DNA from: an uncultured bacterium
GTDB lineage: Bacteria > Fidelibacterota > JAANXI01
Assembly: GCA_964413425.1 (NCBI GenBank)
Contig: CAYPST010000007.1
Location: forward strand, 10,987-74,986
Reading direction: 5' to 3'
Length of the DNA stretch: 64,000 nucleotides
Numbering within the stretch: the stretch's first letter is position 1; the number at the start of each line of letters is the position of its first letter. The translations under genes were made by a program, and so were the position numbers. The notes beneath the pieces were generated by a model. It was not told the DNA's origin and did not search any database. It saw only the letters and a list, made by a program, of their open reading frames with translations. Positions 32,997-43,065 of the stretch are shown piece after piece.

Positions 32997-33878
32997 TTAC
33001 GTCCGCTCCGCTGCCCAAATTGTGTTATGGAGCAGCATAGTGATTGTCATTGGTCCCACTCCTCCAGGCACGGGGGTGATAAAATCAGCAACATTTTGAG
33101 CCTTCTCAAAATCCACATCACCAACCAGCCGGTATCCCTTCTCGGTTGAGGGATCTTCTATCCGATTCACACCAACATCGATAACGGTTGAATGCGGTTT
33201 AATCATATCCGCCTTGATTGCCTTCGGTGATCCGGCGGCTACAATGAGCAAATCAGCGCGTCTGGTGTGCTGCGCGAGATCCGTTGTTCGCGTGTGACAA
33301 ATCGTTACGGTCGCATTCCCCATCCCGGTATGCTTCTGGTAGAGTAAGTTGGTTATCGGTTTCCCCACTAAATTGCTGCGGCCGATCACCACCGCGTTTT
33401 TTCCCTCGGTGTCGATTTTATAATATTCCAGGAGTTTCAGGATTCCATGCGGAGTACAGGGCACGAATCCTGCTTCTCCCAGCACCAACTTTCCCACATT
33501 CATAGGATGCAATCCATCTACATCTTTCTGAGGATCGATTGCCTGAATGATCACGCTGGAATTGATGTGATCAGGCAGCGGCATCTGAACCAGGATCCCG
33601 TGATACCGGTCGTCCTTGTTTAAATCATCGATCAGATGCAATAACTCTTCCTGGGTCGTCTCAGCAGAGAGGGTAATCGTCTCTTCTGTGATCCCTAATT
33701 TTTTGCATGCTTTGCCTTTCATGCGCACATAGACCTGGGAAGCGGGATCTTCCCCCACCATTACAACGACCAGCCCCGGGCTCTTCCCCTTCGCTTTGAG
33801 TGCGTCAATTCGATTACGTATCCCCTTTCGTAATTCATTTGCGACGTGCTTCCCATCGATAATTTTTGCCTGCGCCAT
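32997..33878 (-). CDS. folD: Bifunctional methylene-THF dehydrogenase/cyclohydrolase
   Basis: KDVDGLHP, PCTP, GRSNLVGKP and ITPVPGGVGPMT. Confidence 0.98.
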   Translation of the reverse strand: MAQAKIIDGKHVANELRKGIRNRIDALKAKGKSPGLVVVMVGEDPASQVYVRMKGKACKKLGITEETITLSAETTQEELLHLIDDLNKDDRYHGILVQMPLPDHINSSVIIQAIDPQKDVDGLHPMNVGKLVLGEAGFVPCTPHGILKLLEYYKIDTEGKNAVVIGRSNLVGKPITNLLYQKHTGMGNATVTICHTRTTDLAQHTRRADLLIVAAGSPKAIKADMIKPHSTVIDVGVNRIEDPSTEKGYRLVGDVDFEKAQNVADFITPVPGGVGPMTITMLLHNTIWAAERT

Positions 33879-33902
33879 CCTGCTCCTTTCCAGCTCCAGA
33901 AC

Positions 33903-35453
33903 TTATTTTGCATAACTCACGGACCTGTATTCACGAATGATCATTACTTTCACCTGTCCGGGATAGTTCATTTCTTCCTGAATTTTATTTGCAATATCCT
34001 CAGCCAGGATATCCGCTTGACCATCTGTGACCGAATCCGGCTCGACGAGAACTCGTACTTCCCGTCCGGCTTGAATTGCATAGGAGTTCGAGACGCCGCT
34101 GAAATTCTCGGCAATTTCTTCAAGTTTCTCCAGCCGCTTGATATAGCTCTCCAGAGTGTCACCGCGAGCACCGCGTCGGGAACCGGAAATGGTATCGGCC
34201 GCCTGCACCAGCGAAGAAACCGGATGGGTCATTTCTACTTCTTCATGATGGGACTCAATAGCATTGACCACAATAGAATTTTCTTCGTACTTCCGGGCGA
34301 TTTCTCCGCCAATCAACGCATGTGTGCCGCTGGTATCCCGGTCCACGGCTTTCCCGATATCATGGAGAAATCCTGCCCGCTTGGCAATTTCACCATCAAA
34401 TCCCAGCTCCGCAGCCATTAATCCGGTAAGCCACCCGACTTCAATCGAATGCTTGAGGATATTCTGGCCGTAGCTCGTCCGGTATTTCAACTTCCCGACC
34501 AGATGCATGAGTTCTGAAGGAAGTGGCGAGACTCCAAGCTCATTAATCGCTTCTTCTGCAGCCTGCATAATAGAATCTTCAACTTGCTCAGATGCCTTTC
34601 CATACATCTCTTCGATGCGTGACGGGTGAATCCGGCCATCTGCAATGAGCGCTTCCAGAGCAATTCTGGATTTTTCCCTCCGTACCGGATCAAAGCTGCT
34701 GAGCACCACAGCTTCCGGGGTATCATCGACGATTAACTCCACACCAGTGAGTGCTTCGAAATGTCGAATATTCCGGCCTTCACGCCCAATAATACGGCCT
34801 TTCATGTTATCGTTAGGGAGATTCACCACTGACACGGTGGTTTCTGCCGTATGATCAGCTGCGGATCGCTGTATTGCAGATACAATCACTTTTTGTGCCT
34901 CTCTGCGGCCTTCTCTCACTGCATCATCCTGAATACGCTTAATTTCACGGCTGGCAGCCTCACGGGCTTCATCCAGAAGGTTTTCCAAAAGCAGGCTCTT
35001 TGCCTCTTCTTCAGTCATCCCGGCAATAGCTTCCAGACGCTTGTTCTGCTCTTCTATGATTTCATTCAGCCGATGGTCTTTCTTATTGACCCGCTGAATT
35101 CGCTCATCCAGACTTTTATCAAGCCGTTTCAGTTCACCTTCCCTTTTCTCGATCAGATCGGCTTTTCGCTCAATAGATAACTCTCTCTGGTTTAACCGTT
35201 TTTCTACACTCCCCAATTCCTCCTGTTTTTTCTTGTACTGCGCTTCGGCCGCTGCTTTCAGTTTTTGTATTTCTTCTTTGGTCTCTAACATCCGCTCTTT
35301 GGTAAGTGTATCCGCTTCCCGGACGGCATCCTGAATAATACTATCGGCTTCCTCAGATGCCTTCCGGAGCCGAGATTTCTGAATGAGTAAAGCGATACCG
35401 GAACCGATGAGCAAACCCAATACGGCGGTAGCAATCCAAATTGGTATATTCAT
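33903..35453 (-). CDS. rny: Ribonuclease Y
   Basis: N-terminal TM, coiled coil, KH domain (KGRIIGREGRNIR) and HD domain (LHDIGKA). Confidence 0.98.
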   Translation of the reverse strand: MNIPIWIATAVLGLLIGSGIALLIQKSRLRKASEEADSIIQDAVREADTLTKERMLETKEEIQKLKAAAEAQYKKKQEELGSVEKRLNQRELSIERKADLIEKREGELKRLDKSLDERIQRVNKKDHRLNEIIEEQNKRLEAIAGMTEEEAKSLLLENLLDEAREAASREIKRIQDDAVREGRREAQKVIVSAIQRSAADHTAETTVSVVNLPNDNMKGRIIGREGRNIRHFEALTGVELIVDDTPEAVVLSSFDPVRREKSRIALEALIADGRIHPSRIEEMYGKASEQVEDSIMQAAEEAINELGVSPLPSELMHLVGKLKYRTSYGQNILKHSIEVGWLTGLMAAELGFDGEIAKRAGFLHDIGKAVDRDTSGTHALIGGEIARKYEENSIVVNAIESHHEEVEMTHPVSSLVQAADTISGSRRGARGDTLESYIKRLEKLEEIAENFSGVSNSYAIQAGREVRVLVEPDSVTDGQADILAEDIANKIQEEMNYPGQVKVMIIREYRSVSYAK

Positions 35454-35523
35454 TTTTTATACTCCTTTCATTTTCATAATCATCTTGCGAAGGAATCTTT
35501 TTCGATTCACCTCATCTGAGTTT

Positions 35524-35600
35524 AAAAAAAATCCCTGCAAGAAATACATTGACCCGGAATTCACCTTCCATGGCCTGAAATGAATTTCCCGCAGGGATTG
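35524..35600 (-). ncRNA. Long irregular hairpin plus U8 tract between zapA and rny: candidate minimal 6S-like RNA or terminator/attenuator
   Basis: AATCCCTGCGGGAAAT pairs with ATTTCTTGCAGGGATT; internal bulged stems; TACAAT -10-like box just upstream. Confidence 0.4.
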
Positions 35601-35651
35601 CGGATTTACCGAATTGTATACGATTATTCTACGGCAATATGCGTAGAACCG

Positions 35652-35969
35652 TCATTCAAAGATTTCTATTGAATGTTTTTTCAGCGCTTCTTCAATAACG
35701 TTCGTCAATTCCGTTGTTTTCAAATCATACGTCTGCTTTAATTCGTCCGCTTCTTTACGGAGTTCAAAGAGCTCATCTGCAATATTCATGGCTGCTAAAA
35801 TGGCTATCCGCAACGTTGGTTGACTTGGCGGCAAGTTCTTGGAAATTTCCCGCATATGCCGGTCAACGTATTTTGCGATGTTTCGCAAATAGGATTCCTC
35901 AGCCTTACTTTTCACAGTATATTCTTCGCCAAAAATTGTGAGACGAATTAAATTTTCTTCGTTATTCAT
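35652..35969 (-). CDS. zapA: Cell division protein ZapA
   Basis: LTIFGEEYTV...IAKYVD..M...RIAILAAMNIADEL. Confidence 0.92.
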   Translation of the reverse strand: MNNEENLIRLTIFGEEYTVKSKAEESYLRNIAKYVDRHMREISKNLPPSQPTLRIAILAAMNIADELFELRKEADELKQTYDLKTTELTNVIEEALKKHSIEIFE

Positions 35970-36037
35970 TCAAAATTCCAGTGAAAGTCTACTATTCCAT
36001 TCATTCCAGGACACCAGGTGTACTATGTGACGCGACG

Positions 36038-36248
36038 TTATATGTCCTCCAGGAGGTATAGCATTGTTTGAACTTTCGTCCGAATAATTTCACGACTCAC
36101 AGAATCCATATTTTCATCCTTTTTCTTCTTACGTATTGCATTTAACTCAGTTCGTAGTTGTTGATTCTGCTGCGACATCTGTTCTAATGTTTTCACCAGC
36201 TGATGCACCTTCCGTTCCAGAGAATTTATTTTGAGATACGTATTCAAC
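36038..36248 (-). CDS. Small coiled-coil protein (ZapB-like position); start uncertain
   Basis: Heptad-like LERKVHQLVKTLEQMSQQNQQLRTEL, lying between pheT and zapA. Confidence 0.6.
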
Positions 36249-36254
36249 TGCTCT

Positions 36255-38648
36255 TCACTCTTCTCTGAGATAGGCGTTATGGTTTTTCGCAGCACGGTCC
36301 AGTATTTGCCGAACCACAGAATCCACTTCCTTTTCTGTTAAGGTCCGTTCTTCCGAGATGAACCTCAATGAATAAGTAAGTGATTTTTTGTCTGCAGGGA
36401 TTGGATCACCTTCATACAAATCATAGAGAGTGATGTCCGCAAGTAACTCACCACCGGCTTTCTGCAGAGTTGTTCCCAGTTTAGCTTCTTCCAATTCCTT
36501 GGGCACAATAAAACTGAGATCACGTTCAACAGCCGGATAATCTGAAGGTTTTTGATAATCGAATTCTTCCGGAACGGCTTCACTTACCACATCCAGATCC
36601 GATTCAAGTCCGAACAGTTTCTCCTCTATATCAAATTTCTGCAGGAATGTTTGATTAATCTGGCCACCTGTTCCGGTCAACTTCCCATTAACAGAGAGTG
36701 TAAATCCCGGCTGAAATAAATCCGAGTCTAACCTGTCGAAAGAATACTCACTTACCCCTACCATCTCCAGCATTGATTCAATATATCCTTTGAACTCATA
36801 GAAATCAATTTTTTTCTGTTCGGCACTCCAGGTACGAGGGGCGGTATGACCGGAGGCGATTACCGCAAGATGCTTGTATTCATTTGCCTGCGTGGCGACG
36901 TCCGGGTTGGCGTTAAATACGCGTCCGAACTCAAATAACCGGATATCGACTTCCTGCCGGTTGAGATTCTTCTGCACTCCTTCCACCAATAGCGGCATAA
37001 GAGTCGTCCGCAGATACGCCATCTCTTCACTCAGCGGATTTCTGACTTTCACCGGTGTTTTCCCGGTCACTTCAGGAAAACAATATTCCTGCTTCACCAG
37101 ACTATTCGAGACCGTCTGATTGAATCCAAAGCCTTTCCAGAGATTTGCCACCCGCCGGGTGAGACCGGTATCGCCGGATTGTATCTCCTGGGTATGATAT
37201 TGGAAAAGGTCCGGAGAGGGAACGTTCTCCATGCCGTAGAATCGTACTACTTCTTCGATCAGATCAACTTCGCGTGCCAGATCCAGCCGAAACATCGGGA
37301 CAGAGACCCGGAGACTGTTCTGATTCTCTTCAATGATTCGACATCCCAAGGGGGTCAGAATATCACCGATCTCTCCCGGAGAAATATCAACCCCGATAAG
37401 TTTGCTTGTTCTGTCCGCACGGATTACAATTTCTCGTGGGGTGATCGGTGCCGGATACTGGTCGAGGATTCCTTCTACCACCTCACCGCCGGTCATTTCC
37501 TGAATGAGCGAGGTGATGCGATTCAGCGCATAGATCACTCCTTCCGGATCGGCACCTCGTTCAAACCGTTTACTCGCTTCGGTGGACAAGCCCAGATATT
37601 TTGAGCCGCGCCGGACAGCGGTAGGATTGAAATACGCGCTCTCGATCAGAATATTGGTCGTATTTTCGGTGACTTCTGGGTTTGCTCCCCCCATAATACC
37701 TGCGATAGCGACCGGATTGTTCGCATCACAAATCAGGAGCACCTCTTCACTCAGTTCTCGTTCTTTGCCATCGAGCGTGGTGAACAACTCTCCATTCATG
37801 GCAGACCGCACTTCGATGGTATTCTCAGCTAACTTCTCCAGGTCGAATGTATGAAGCGGGTGGCCGGTCTCCATAAGGACATAATTCGAGAGATCAACTA
37901 TGTTATTGATAGGACGAAGGCCAACCGCCATTAAGCGTTGTTGCAGCCACAGCGGAGAGGGCTCTATCGGCACATTCTTGATAATTCGGGCAGCATATCG
38001 CGGGCATTTCTCCGGTTCGTGAATGACGATCTTCGCAAGGCTGGTGATGTGTTCCGTGCTTTCGTTAATGTGAAGCTCCGGCCGCCGGAGTTCGGCCTCA
38101 TACATCGCACCCACTTCTCGTGCAATACCGAGATGGCTCATACAATCCGGCCGGTTCGGGGTGACCTCAATATCTAAGCCGGACCAGTACTGCTCCAGAT
38201 AACTCCAGAATGATTGCCCAACCTCCGCCTCCTCCCGCAGCACCATAATTCCTGCATGGGAATCGCTTAATCCCAGCTCGCGTTCCGATGGAATCATCCC
38301 ACGGGAATCCACACCGCGCAGGGTCACTGATTCGATTGTATTGCCATCGGGTAAAGTCGTCCCCGGATGAATCACCGGGACCTTCTGATCAGGTGCTACA
38401 TTGGGAGCACCGCAAAGTATTTGACGAGTTTCCTCTTCACGAACTTTTACCCGGCACACCAGTAATTTATCGGCATCCGGATGTGGTTCGACAGACTGCA
38501 CCTGTCCGACGGTGACAGCCTCAAAAAAATCACTTTTTTCCAGTAAGGGGACCGACTCAAGGCTGGTCAGTGTAAGGCGATCTGCTAATTCGTGAACAGG
38601 TGCATCGAAATCGACATAATCATGCAGCCAATCAAGATTAATTCGCAT
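36255..38648 (-). CDS. pheT: Phenylalanine--tRNA ligase beta subunit
   Basis: HPDADKL, VTPNRPDCMSH.GIARE, RFERG and C-terminal FDX-ACB domain; 797 aa. Confidence 0.98.
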   Translation of the reverse strand: MRINLDWLHDYVDFDAPVHELADRLTLTSLESVPLLEKSDFFEAVTVGQVQSVEPHPDADKLLVCRVKVREEETRQILCGAPNVAPDQKVPVIHPGTTLPDGNTIESVTLRGVDSRGMIPSERELGLSDSHAGIMVLREEAEVGQSFWSYLEQYWSGLDIEVTPNRPDCMSHLGIAREVGAMYEAELRRPELHINESTEHITSLAKIVIHEPEKCPRYAARIIKNVPIEPSPLWLQQRLMAVGLRPINNIVDLSNYVLMETGHPLHTFDLEKLAENTIEVRSAMNGELFTTLDGKERELSEEVLLICDANNPVAIAGIMGGANPEVTENTTNILIESAYFNPTAVRRGSKYLGLSTEASKRFERGADPEGVIYALNRITSLIQEMTGGEVVEGILDQYPAPITPREIVIRADRTSKLIGVDISPGEIGDILTPLGCRIIEENQNSLRVSVPMFRLDLAREVDLIEEVVRFYGMENVPSPDLFQYHTQEIQSGDTGLTRRVANLWKGFGFNQTVSNSLVKQEYCFPEVTGKTPVKVRNPLSEEMAYLRTTLMPLLVEGVQKNLNRQEVDIRLFEFGRVFNANPDVATQANEYKHLAVIASGHTAPRTWSAEQKKIDFYEFKGYIESMLEMVGVSEYSFDRLDSDLFQPGFTLSVNGKLTGTGGQINQTFLQKFDIEEKLFGLESDLDVVSEAVPEEFDYQKPSDYPAVERDLSFIVPKELEEAKLGTTLQKAGGELLADITLYDLYEGDPIPADKKSLTYSLRFISEERTLTEKEVDSVVRQILDRAAKNHNAYLREE

Positions 38649-38747
38649 AAGGATCTCATACTCAATTATGGATAGTTTTCATGCCTGGATAACAGAAAAC
38701 GTCCGACGATTCAGGAAATACTGAACGAGAGGGGTGGAAAAAAGGTG

Positions 38748-39767
38748 TTAAAATTGCCGCAGGAATCTCAGATCACTATCGTAAAAGAGGCGGATATCAT
38801 TGATACCGTATTTGTTCATGGCGATACGGTCCACTCCCATGCCAAACGCAAATCCGGTATATTTTTCTGCATCATAGCCAACATATCCATATAAATTAGG
38901 ATCCACCATTCCTGCGCCCAGAATTTCCACCCAGCCCTGGTATTTGCACACCCGACATCCGCGCCCACCACAGATGACACAAGAAACGTCAACCTCGGTA
39001 CTTGGTTCCGTGAACGGAAAAAAACTGGGCCGAAAGCGGATTTTCGCAGCAGAACCGAAGAAGCGATGGGCGAACTCTTCCACCGTCCCTTTCAAATCGG
39101 CGAATGAGACGTCCTCATCTACATACAATCCTTCCACCTGACTGAACAGACAATAACTCCGGGCACTGATTGCCTCATGGCGATACACGCGCCCCGGCAC
39201 TATAATTCTAACCGGTGGCGGATACTGTTCCATCACCCGGATTTGTACCGGTGATGTATGGGTACGCAACACAATGTCATCATCGATATAAAAGGTGTCC
39301 TGCATGTCACGCGCCGGATGATCCTTGGGAATATTTAACGCCTCAAAATTATAGTAATCTGTTTCCACCTCCGGTCCTTCGACCGTCGCGAATCCCATGG
39401 AGGTAAAAATATCCTCCATTTCCTGAAGCGTCAGAATCAGCGGATGATCATGGCCTACATATTGTTTCTTGCCCGGGAGGGTAACATCAATATCAATCGC
39501 TTGTCTTTTGGATTCCGCCTCAGCTGCCTGCTTCGATTCTTCCAATGAGTCCGCGATGTAGTTTTTCAGATCGTTCAGCGCTTTACCGATTTTGGGACGC
39601 TCGTCAGGTGCCGCTTCTCCGATGAGTGAAAAGAGTTCCTGCACCTTCCCTTTTCGGCCAAGATATTTGATACGCAGTTCTTCCAGCGCATTCAGATCGC
39701 TGTCAGCCGACTGCAGTGCGTCTGAGAATTCCTCCTGTATTTCCTGAATATCTTCGAAAAGTGCCAT
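38748..39767 (-). CDS. pheS: Phenylalanine--tRNA ligase alpha subunit
   Basis: HPARDMQDTF, LRTHTSPVQ, FRPSFFPFTEPS and GFAFGMG. Confidence 0.99.
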   Translation of the reverse strand: MALFEDIQEIQEEFSDALQSADSDLNALEELRIKYLGRKGKVQELFSLIGEAAPDERPKIGKALNDLKNYIADSLEESKQAAEAESKRQAIDIDVTLPGKKQYVGHDHPLILTLQEMEDIFTSMGFATVEGPEVETDYYNFEALNIPKDHPARDMQDTFYIDDDIVLRTHTSPVQIRVMEQYPPPVRIIVPGRVYRHEAISARSYCLFSQVEGLYVDEDVSFADLKGTVEEFAHRFFGSAAKIRFRPSFFPFTEPSTEVDVSCVICGGRGCRVCKYQGWVEILGAGMVDPNLYGYVGYDAEKYTGFAFGMGVDRIAMNKYGINDIRLFYDSDLRFLRQF

Positions 39768-39772
39768 CGATG

Positions 39773-40117
39773 TTACGACACTTCTTTCACTACGGCTTCA
39801 AATCCCGCCGGATCCCGAACAGCCATATCAGCCAGCATTTTCCGATTGAGCTCGATATTGGCTTCCTTTAATCCATGCATGAACGTGGAGTAATTTAAGC
39901 CATGTTGTCTGACTGCTGCGTTAATCCGGGTAATCCAGAGCTTCCTGAACTCCCGTTTTCGCTGCCGGCGATCCCGATAACTGTACTGCAGTGCCTTATC
40001 CACGGCATCTTTGGCAGTGCGATAGAGCCGGGAACGAGCACCATAATACCCCTTGGCTTGTTTCAATATTTTTTTTCGGCGACGTTTTCTGTGGACTGCA
40101 TTTTTCGCACGTGGCAT
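39773..40117 (-). CDS. rplT: 50S ribosomal protein L20
   Basis: AKGYYGARS...[22 protein letters not shown]. Confidence 0.99.
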   Translation of the reverse strand: MPRAKNAVHRKRRRKKILKQAKGYYGARSRLYRTAKDAVDKALQYSYRDRRQRKREFRKLWITRINAAVRQHGLNYSTFMHGLKEANIELNRKMLADMAVRDPAGFEAVVKEVS

Positions 40118-40132
40118 AGCACTCTTCCTCTA

Positions 40133-40324
40133 TTATTGAATCATTCGCTTCACACGTTTCTCATCCGTCTTATCAACCAATTTCGGTCTCCGTAACCGAC
40201 GTTTCTGGTCGGACGACTTATGGGAAAGTAAATGGCCGGCATAGGCGCTGTGGCGCTTCACCTTCCCCTTGGCTGTTTTTTTAAATCGTTTTCTGGCTCC
40301 ACGGTTGCTTTTCATTTTCGGCAT
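40133..40324 (-). CDS. rpmI: 50S ribosomal protein L35
   Basis: [17 protein letters not shown]. Confidence 0.98.
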   Translation of the reverse strand: MPKMKSNRGARKRFKKTAKGKVKRHSAYAGHLLSHKSSDQKRRLRRPKLVDKTDEKRVKRMIQ

Positions 40325-40339
40325 AGAATATCACCTCAA

Positions 40340-40852
40340 TCATTTGTGAATTAAATACATTACCATTTGACGACCTTCCATGTCGGGCGCCCGGTCCACT
40401 TCTGCAATATCTTCCGTTTCTTCAACAACGCGATCCAGCAGTTCCTCTCCAAATTCCTTATAATCCATTTCCCGCCCGCGAAAGAAGACCGTCACTTTAA
40501 TTTTATCTCCGCCTTCCAGAAACTTGCGGATATGTCCCAACTTGGTTTGAAAGTCATGTTCTTCTATCTGAGGACGAAACCGGACTTCTTTGACCTCGAT
40601 GGTATGCTGCTTCTTCTTGGCTTCTTTTTCTTTTTTCTTCTGTTCGTAAAGATATTTGCCATAATCCATTATCTTTACCACCGGTGGATCAGCCTGCGGG
40701 GCCACTTCCACCAGATCCAGACCCCGATCCTCGGCTGTCCGCAGAGCCTCATCGATGTCAACGATGCCGATTTGCTCGCTGTCGTTATCAACGAGTCGTA
40801 CCTGGTTCACTCTGATTTGATCATTCACACGTAATTCGTCCTTCACACTAAT
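40340..40852 (-). CDS. infC: Translation initiation factor IF-3 (ATT start at 40852 or GTG at 40846)
   Basis: LDLVEVAPQADPPVVKIMDYGKY, KEVRFRP and FRGRE. Confidence 0.97.
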   Translation of the reverse strand: MSVKDELRVNDQIRVNQVRLVDNDSEQIGIVDIDEALRTAEDRGLDLVEVAPQADPPVVKIMDYGKYLYEQKKKEKEAKKKQHTIEVKEVRFRPQIEEHDFQTKLGHIRKFLEGGDKIKVTVFFRGREMDYKEFGEELLDRVVEETEDIAEVDRAPDMEGRQMVMYLIHK

Positions 40853-42807
40853 TCGTCCTCCCTTAGTACCTGCGTTCGGGTTAGTTTTCTCTCAATTTCG
40901 TCACACAATTTTTGTGTGAGTTTGTCAAGCGATATTTCCCCATGATCCCCGACTCTGTGCTCCCGCAAAGCAACAGTTCTGTTATGCACCTCCCGCTCTC
41001 CGACAATCCCCATATACGGAATTTTTTGGAGCTCGGCCTCGCGAATTTTCGCCCCGATGGTTTCACTCCGGTCATCGATTGCCACCCGAAGCCCCGCGGA
41101 CTGCAAGGCCTCTTTGACTTCTCTGGCATATGGTTGCTGACTGTCCGTGATGGGAAGAACCGAGAACTGGACCGGAGTCAACCATAACGGAAATTCACCC
41201 GAGGTATGCTCGATAAGTATGCCGATAAACCGTTCCAGTGAACCGAGTACAGCACGATGAATCATCACCGGCTGCTCTTCGTTTCCGCTGGCTGCTGTGT
41301 ACGTCAAATCGAATCGCTCAGGCATCATAAAATCCAGCTGGACGGTCCCCAGCTGCCAATCCCGTTGCAGAGCGTCCTTGACGATAAAGTCTATTTTCGG
41401 CCCGTAAAATGCCCCCTCACCTTCGTTAATTGCATAGGAATAACCTTGATCATCCAGCGCTTTTTTCAGAATCTGCTCTGACTCTTCCCAGGTTTCCACG
41501 TCACCGATGTGTTTCTCCGGCATGGTGGAAACCTCAATCTCCACCTCTTCGAATCCGAGCAGACGGTACGTATTAAGAATAATTTCAACGGCCTGAAGCA
41601 CCTCAGCTTCAATCTGATCGATGGTACAGAAGATATGCGCATCATCCTGAGAGAATGATCGTACCCGGGTGAGACCGCCGGTGACGCCGGCCCGCTCATA
41701 CCGGTGCAGCCGCCCGAAATCTGCGATGCGAAGCGGCAAATCCCGATAGGAGCGTTTATGGGCTGAATATATAAAGGTGTGGGTCGGGCAGTTCATGGGT
41801 TTTATCGCATATTCTCGCTTCTCCTCCTGGGGAGCGGTGAAATACATATTTTCTTTATAATTCTCATAATGCCCGGATCGATGCCAGAGATCGACATCCA
41901 GTATCTGCGGGGTAATGACTTCCTGGTAATTGTATTCCCGATATAAGTCCCTGATATATTCCACCAGCTCGTTATATATAATGGTTCCCTTGGGATGAAA
42001 AAACGGGTTGGCAGGGGCTTCCGGATGAAAACTGAACAAATCCAGTTCTTTGCCAATTCTTCGGTGATCCCGTTTCCGCGCTTCTTCCAGCAACTCCAGA
42101 TAGTTGTCCAGTGCCGCCTTCGTGGGCCAGCTGGTTCCGTAAATACGCTGCAGCATCTGATTATTTTCATCGCCCCGCCAATAGGCTCCTGCAGTTTTCA
42201 GCAGCTTGAAATGCCTGATCCACCCGGTGCTGGGAGCATGGGGCCCACGGCAGAGGTCCACAAAATCCCCCTGCCAGTAAATGGACGCAGAGTCATCCCC
42301 GTTTTCGTTCCGAATTTCTTCCAGAAGTTCGGTCTTGTATTGTTCATTCCGTTCCGTAAATAGATCAACCAGTTCATCAATCGGTCGTACTTCCCGGCGC
42401 ACTTCGAGGTTTTCGTCGGCAAGCTGAAGCATCCGCTGTTCAATTTTCTCCAGATCTTCTTCTGTAAAGGGTTGTTCAACATCGATATCATAATAAAAGC
42501 CGTTTTCAATAGCCGGCCCGATCGCGATCTGGGCATCCGGATATAGCTGTTCGACGGCTTGGGCCATTAAGTGAGATGTACTATGCCGCAGAATTTCATG
42601 ACCCTCTTCGGAATCAATAGTAATAATTTCGACGTGCGCATCCTCGTAAACCGGACGGATAACGTCGACTAATTGATCGTTGACGCGGGCGGCAATAGCA
42701 TCTTTGGCAAGTTTTTTACCAATGGAACGGGCTATATCTAAAGGCATGACCCCGGCTGGATAGGATTGCTTCGAACCATCTGGCAGGGTAATTTGTATTT
42801 CGTCCAT
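40843..42807 (-). CDS. thrS: Threonine--tRNA ligase
   Basis: TGS domain, RHSTSH, DLCRGPH, KPMNCP, FYGPKID and HRAVLGSLERF. Confidence 0.99.
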   Translation of the reverse strand: MDEIQITLPDGSKQSYPAGVMPLDIARSIGKKLAKDAIAARVNDQLVDVIRPVYEDAHVEIITIDSEEGHEILRHSTSHLMAQAVEQLYPDAQIAIGPAIENGFYYDIDVEQPFTEEDLEKIEQRMLQLADENLEVRREVRPIDELVDLFTERNEQYKTELLEEIRNENGDDSASIYWQGDFVDLCRGPHAPSTGWIRHFKLLKTAGAYWRGDENNQMLQRIYGTSWPTKAALDNYLELLEEARKRDHRRIGKELDLFSFHPEAPANPFFHPKGTIIYNELVEYIRDLYREYNYQEVITPQILDVDLWHRSGHYENYKENMYFTAPQEEKREYAIKPMNCPTHTFIYSAHKRSYRDLPLRIADFGRLHRYERAGVTGGLTRVRSFSQDDAHIFCTIDQIEAEVLQAVEIILNTYRLLGFEEVEIEVSTMPEKHIGDVETWEESEQILKKALDDQGYSYAINEGEGAFYGPKIDFIVKDALQRDWQLGTVQLDFMMPERFDLTYTAASGNEEQPVMIHRAVLGSLERFIGILIEHTSGEFPLWLTPVQFSVLPITDSQQPYAREVKEALQSAGLRVAIDDRSETIGAKIREAELQKIPYMGIVGEREVHNRTVALREHRVGDHGEISLDKLTQKLCDEIERKLTRTQVLREDELV

Positions 42808-42897
42808 GTACAATTTGATTCTGCATTTTCTTAATTAGCATTGTTCACAATCATTCGCATCAGCCTTCTCGTGCGGAAGACTGTATTACGCGCTGTG

Positions 42898-42972
42898 TGG
42901 GCGATACTGGATTCGAACCAGTGACCCCTAGCGTGTCGAGCTAGTGCTCTGAACCGGCTGAGCTAATCGCCC
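42898..42972 (-). tRNA. tRNA-Val(GAC)
   Basis: GGGCGATTAGCTCAG...CTAGC-TCGACAC-GCTAG...GGTTCGAATCC...ATCGCCCA. Confidence 0.94.
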
Positions 42973-43065
42973 ATACTCTTTACTTGCACCATACAAGCTA
43001 AAGTGTAAAAAGGTATAATATTTCTCAGACCAATGTCAAGTATAAAAGCCGTCCACAGCCTTCTG

